Below, in pieces: positions 59,053 to 64,000 of a DNA stretch of 64,000 nucleotides. The stretch comes from Eledone cirrhosa (Eukaryota), in contig OZ024746.1 in the NCBI GenBank assembly GCA_964016885.1, positions 58,714,001 to 58,778,000 of the forward strand, given 5' to 3'. Under the pieces are notes generated by a model, which saw only the letters and a list, made by a program, of their open reading frames with translations, did not search any database and was not told the origin of the DNA. Numbering within the stretch: the stretch's first letter is position 1; every line of letters begins with the position of its first letter. The position numbers and the translations under genes were made by a program.

Positions 59053-60789
59053 TTACCTCTCTGCATCCCGGGTATCGGGCTGCACAATTTCCATTAGGGT
59101 GGGGGATGGGTTGTTGGGTGGGGTGGTGGTTTGTGGAAGTGTGGGGGCATCAGTGTGATGTGTGGTTGGGGAGCTTGGAGTTGTGTGGGTGTTTGGGGAG
59201 GGGGTGGGATAGTTTTTTAGGAGGACGCGGTTAATGGGCCCGACGCAGGGGGGACCCACGTCCTCTTTAAAATTGTTTTTTAAAGTTTTATAGGTGTCCT
59301 GTGGGGCCTTAATCATTTTGAGGTGGGGGAAATCCCCTGCCTGGGTGAAGTTAGGCCCTTGTGTTTTTATTAGATTGTTGTTGTACACAATGTTTAACAG
59401 TTTTTTGTTTCTTGTATTTATGTATGTGTATGCATGTTTTTGTTTTTGTGTGGTGTTTTTTGTTTGCTGTTGTTGTGAGCTCTTTTGTGTTGGTGTCAGT
59501 GTTATGTTTTGGGGAGGGTTTTTTTTCATTTGTGTGTCTGAGGTGTGTTTTCTTTTTTTTCTTTTGATTGTGTGGAAGTGCTCCTCCTCGTCTGACGACG
59601 AACTAGGGTCATCTTCCGCGTTGGAGGGGAGGGGTATATTTTCGGGTTGTGTTTGCGGTACGGGTGTTTTGGAAATTGTTTTTGTTTTTTGAGTGGAGGG
59701 GATGGGTTGGACATTGTTTTGTTTTGGTTTGAGCTGTGGTGGTTGTTTTTGTAGTGGTAGTTGTGGTGATTGTGTTGGTTGTGCAGTTGTTGGTGGTGTA
59801 GGCAGGATTGGGGTTTTCTTATTAAGTTGGGGACAGACAGCCCTCAGGTGACCTCTGGTTCCGCAGAGGTAACACGAGGGCCGTCTACCCTCAACGGTAA
59901 TGTTGATGAAGGTTAGATCATCCAGTATGACGCGTTCAGGGATCTGGGCGATCCTTTCGGGCCTCATTTGAACTACAAGTTCGAGGCTCGTTCCACTGAA
60001 CGCGTCACCCGATGCCTTTCCCATGGACACCAGCATGTCATCCTCCAGGTCCAGAAAACCTGTCAAAACCCACCATATGTCCATAATCGGCAGGATGGTG
60101 TGGATTTTTATTTTTTGTGTTCTTCTACCCATGTACGTAGGGTAGAAGGTGTATGCGGTGGATGTGATTGGTTTGATGGACAGTTTCACTGCTGTGTCCC
60201 TGTCCTTCATGAGAATGGATAGACTCCCGTAGAGTCTATCCTTCTGAATGAAGGTGATGTCCTTCATGACGTCTTTTAGAACCAGCTCTATCTCGCTCTG
60301 TGATGGTTGAGCTGGTTTTTTACTTTTGTTCGAGATTGTCCTAAACATGACCGTGTTTAGGAGTCTCTGGCTTTTTAGTTCCGGGGGGGAATGGATTGTG
60401 AATGAACCATTTTCCCCGTACACTATATATTTTTTCGCATCCGCCAGTAGCTCCTTCGCTTTTGTTATATCTACTGGCAGATAGTCGAGGGTTTTCCTTG
60501 TCGTCTCGGCGAAGGAGAAATTGTGTTTGTTTGTGTTGTTGTTGTCGTTGGTGGTGTTGTTGTTATCATTGTTGTTGTTGTCACCGTTATTGGTCTTGTT
60601 GTTATTGTTATTGGTGTTGTTTTCGTCCGTCGCATTGTTGTTGTTGTTGCTGTTGCTGCTGGTTCTTTGAGTTGTTGCCATGGCAACATCAAGTTGTCGG
60701 TTAACAGGTGGAGAGAATTCTTCCTCTGGCTGACCTTTCTTCTTGACCTCTGCTACTGTGACAGTGGCAGGGGGAAGCTGTAAGTTCAT
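59053..60789 (-). CDS. LINE ORF1 (gag-like nucleic-acid-binding protein)
   Basis: 578-aa ATG-initiated ORF with zinc knuckle CYLCGTRGHLRAVC and an NLS-like KRKKRK, directly upstream of ORF2. Confidence 0.9.
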   Translation of the reverse strand: MNLQLPPATVTVAEVKKKGQPEEEFSPPVNRQLDVAMATTQRTSSNSNNNNNATDENNTNNNNNKTNNGDNNNNDNNNTTNDNNNTNKHNFSFAETTRKTLDYLPVDITKAKELLADAKKYIVYGENGSFTIHSPPELKSQRLLNTVMFRTISNKSKKPAQPSQSEIELVLKDVMKDITFIQKDRLYGSLSILMKDRDTAVKLSIKPITSTAYTFYPTYMGRRTQKIKIHTILPIMDIWWVLTGFLDLEDDMLVSMGKASGDAFSGTSLELVVQMRPERIAQIPERVILDDLTFINITVEGRRPSCYLCGTRGHLRAVCPQLNKKTPILPTPPTTAQPTQSPQLPLQKQPPQLKPKQNNVQPIPSTQKTKTISKTPVPQTQPENIPLPSNAEDDPSSSSDEEEHFHTIKRKKRKHTSDTQMKKNPPQNITLTPTQKSSQQQQTKNTTQKQKHAYTYINTRNKKLLNIVYNNNLIKTQGPNFTQAGDFPHLKMIKAPQDTYKTLKNNFKEDVGPPCVGPINRVLLKNYPTPSPNTHTTPSSPTTHHTDAPTLPQTTTPPNNPSPTLMEIVQPDTRDAER

Positions 60790-60816
60790 CTTCCCCTTTC
60801 CTCCTTCGAATTTTGG

Positions 60817-60851
<35 letters not shown>

Positions 60852-61509
60852 AGAGAAAGAGAGAGAGATGAGTTTACGTAAGTTGATTTATAACCAGCTA
60901 TGCAGTTAATCATATATATATATATGTATGTATGTATGTATGCATGTGTGTGTGTGAGAGAGAGTGAATGTGTGTGGACGTGTGTGGATGTGTGTGTGTG
61001 TTGAGAGAGATAGAAACATATACATATAAATAAATAGCGAGATGTAAAGACAGATAGACAGTGAGACAAATAGATAATTAGATATATTGGTGTACAGAAT
61101 GCTGATACAAACTTCACTACACTTAAGACGAATCTCCATCATCAGATTTAGATCTAACGATTAAATAATAAGTCTCATGGCGGCTTTATCGCCGTTAAAT
61201 GAGTTGGGATTTATATCTAATTTATATCGTTATTGTCATGGCAACTAACGATGTCTCTTGTAACTTCGTTTGCCAAAGGAGATTCATGAGCAAATTATTC
61301 ATTAAGAACGTTGCATGGTATAATGGTATATACTACAACTCTAATGGCTGTTGGTGGTGCTAAATACTAGTGCGGACCGATGACTGTTTGTTTGCTGCTT
61401 GCAAATGTCATTTTAATGCGTTCGTGACATGAACTGGTCAACAGGTTGTAGACATGACTATGTGGTTAAGATATTCACTTTGTAACAACGATTTTGTGTG
61501 TGTGTGTGT

Positions 61510-61546
<37 letters not shown>

Positions 61547-61711
61547 TGTGTGTGTGTGTGGGTGTGTGCGTGTGCGTGTGAGTGCGTGTGTCTGTGCGTG
61601 TGTGTGTTTGATATTACTATGCGACATATCTCTATTTCCTCCTTACTCACAACTTACAACACTTAGAGGCTATTGTACAGGACATTTACACATTGTGTCG
61701 CATAGTAATAT

Positions 61712-61746
<35 letters not shown>

Positions 61747-61806
61747 GCACGCTCAAACACAAACACAAACACACACGCACATACACGCATATATATATAC
61801 ATTAGG

Positions 61807-61856
61807 GCGTTCCTGATGATTTTCTTCCAATGAAACAGTTGTAGTCCTGTAGAAGC
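61807..61856 (+). ncRNA. Hammerhead ribozyme, same family as 49160/49485
   Basis: gcgttc-CTGATGA-ttttcttccaat-GAAA-cag ttgtagtc ctg-TA-gaagc; stem II weak. Confidence 0.65.
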
Positions 61857-63823
61857 TATTTCTATATTATATATATAAAGAGAGAGAGGAGAAGAGAGCG
61901 GGAGGGAGAGAGAGAGAAAAAGAGAGAAAGAAAGAGAGAGAGAGCGATAGTGAGAGAGGGAGAGAGAGAGAGAATGGGGACGATTTTGCAGAGTTTTGCA
62001 GTGTTTTTAGAGCAATTTACTGCGTTCAAATCCCACCGAGATGCATTTTACCTTTAAATCCTGTCCTCCTAGATCTTGCGAAGAAGAGAGGTAAACATAG
62101 TAAAAGCGAGATTACTAAACGCTTCTAAAACTGTATTTAGGACTAGCCAGTGAGAAAACGTAAGCGATATTAATGCACACATTAAAAATAATATAAATCT
62201 CTCTCAGTAGAATCATACAACCTCTGTCATATCCTGATTCAAAAATATACCCCTGAAAAGTAGAAATAAATTTACAGTTTTACTCCTGTATTCCTGTCTC
62301 CTGTTAGTTAATACGTTAGAGTTCGCCCATAGTAAACATGAAATGGAAGTGGTCATGTACGGCTGCAAAAGTTTGGTTTTTATTAACGGATCTATATGGC
62401 TTAAAAACTAGAAGATACTTTGTTGTCACGATGGATTCGTATGGCAGTGTTAATATGTGCAACCTGGTTGAATTATATATTTTCCATACACTTTAGTATA
62501 AATTATATATGTTCCATACACTTAAGTAAAAATATCCCAACCATTAAACTCTTTTACATTTAGACGATGGCCTAAAAGTATCATAAAATTGTAATGTACA
62601 TATCCTAGATATGATCCATAACAAAATTATCTTTACTTTTCCTAACCTAGGACGAACTAACTTCTCTAGTGATAATTTCCTACATGTAAACTTAGACTCG
62701 ACTTCAGGTTCTTGCAAAACCATTCGTAAAACTTAGATAAATAAGCATAGATCATTGCCACCACTAGCCGTAGTATTGTAGAAACTAATCCCTAACATTT
62801 CTTGTAGGAATTCTAACCTATCATTTCCTAAAGAGCTATTCGATAATGCAGCCGGCTAGGCAACAGAGCCTTACTAGAAAGCCGTTTCAAAAACAAGATT
62901 AAGTACAAAGCTAGTATCTCCGCTAAGGCCACAACTAAAATATTATTTTGTTCACACTCATTTATTTGCTAAATGTAAATATGAACGTAGGTAAGACGTT
63001 TTTAGATTTGATAGGAAAACATTTCTCTCTCTACCACTGATATCGCAATATATAGGCATCCTGTTAAGATCTGTTATTCTTGCCGCCCATCTATGTAGTC
63101 GATAATATCTGCAACAAATAAACAGGTAAGAAGCATGATACTCTTTCAGGATGAATGCCGAAACAGATTTTTAATATTACGGTCATAATACATGAGGCCG
63201 GATTTATTTTTAAGCACCAGCCAAACATCGAACAGGACATGGTATATGAGTATGGTGTAAGACAATTTTAAACAAAGGTTTTACAGACATCTCATCATTT
63301 AAATACCTGGAATAACACCCTTGCGAAACCTGTCGGGCAATTGAAACGCAGTAGCCTCTACAATAGAATGAAGAATTATTGGAGAATACAGACCATATTC
63401 TAAGATTTCATAGAGATGGGCTTCTGGAACTAGTGAAACCTTTCTAGTGATTGAAATCATCTTATGAATACTTAATTTTATTAGTTGTTTACATCCCGAT
63501 AGTTACCTGCTTTTCCCATTGAAATACAATCTTTCCAGAGAGCTGTACTTAACCTAACTTAAATGTACACCTACAGACTAATATGTTTTTTCTTTTATAT
63601 ATATCTTTCTTTCTCGGATCTGTAATTTCCCAATAACTACATCCGTTTCACTTAAAATAATTCCGTTGATCAGATCCCTTCATAAGTCAAGTTAAACATT
63701 TTAAAAATGAAATGACTGACTTATCGATTGAGATTGTATATATATATATATCATACAAACAGACATTCGTCTCATTCTGACGTCATCAGCCATGTCTCTC
63801 CATGTGCGTTTATTTTTCATAAT

Positions 63824-63870
<47 letters not shown>

Positions 63871-63874
<4 letters not shown>

Positions 63875-64000
63875 GTTTCTACGTTAGGCACAAGGCCAGC
63901 AATTACCCAGTGCATTACTGGTACTTTATTTTATCGACCCCGTAAGGATGAAAGGCAAAGTTAACCTCGGCGGGAATTGAACTCAGAATGGCAAGGGCCG
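63871..64000 (-). mobile_element. tRNA-derived SINE (runs off the window end)
   Basis: aattgtttctacgttaggcacaaggccagc..gtaaggatgaaaggcaaagttaacctcggcggg. Confidence 0.9.

Noticed and set aside
55908-60783. Plus-strand ORFs overlapping the Tx1-like LINE
   Set aside because: Antisense shadows of the long real ORFs

Overview
Eukaryotic, repeat-saturated, apparently intergenic or intronic DNA. The (TA)n/(CA)n/(GATA)n load, the tRNA-derived SINE family and the retroelement mix suggest an octopus or other coleoid cephalopod (inference). No host gene can be called with confidence, and most ORFs in the track are microsatellite artefacts. Real coding content is retrotransposon-derived: three Naiad-type and one Neptune-like Penelope-like elements (PLEs), an RTE LINE, RTE, R4/Dong-like and CR1 fragments, and one apparently intact two-ORF Tx1/L1-clade LINE inside a (GATA)n array. 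The main hidden signal is a dense set of about 15 type I hammerhead ribozyme (HHR) motifs, found by eye. They include U3-A8 core variants, an extra-nucleotide variant and a very long stem II form. They sit at PLE 3' ends and in non-coding fold-back palindromes embedded in (TA)n. All structures were folded manually and activity is untested.
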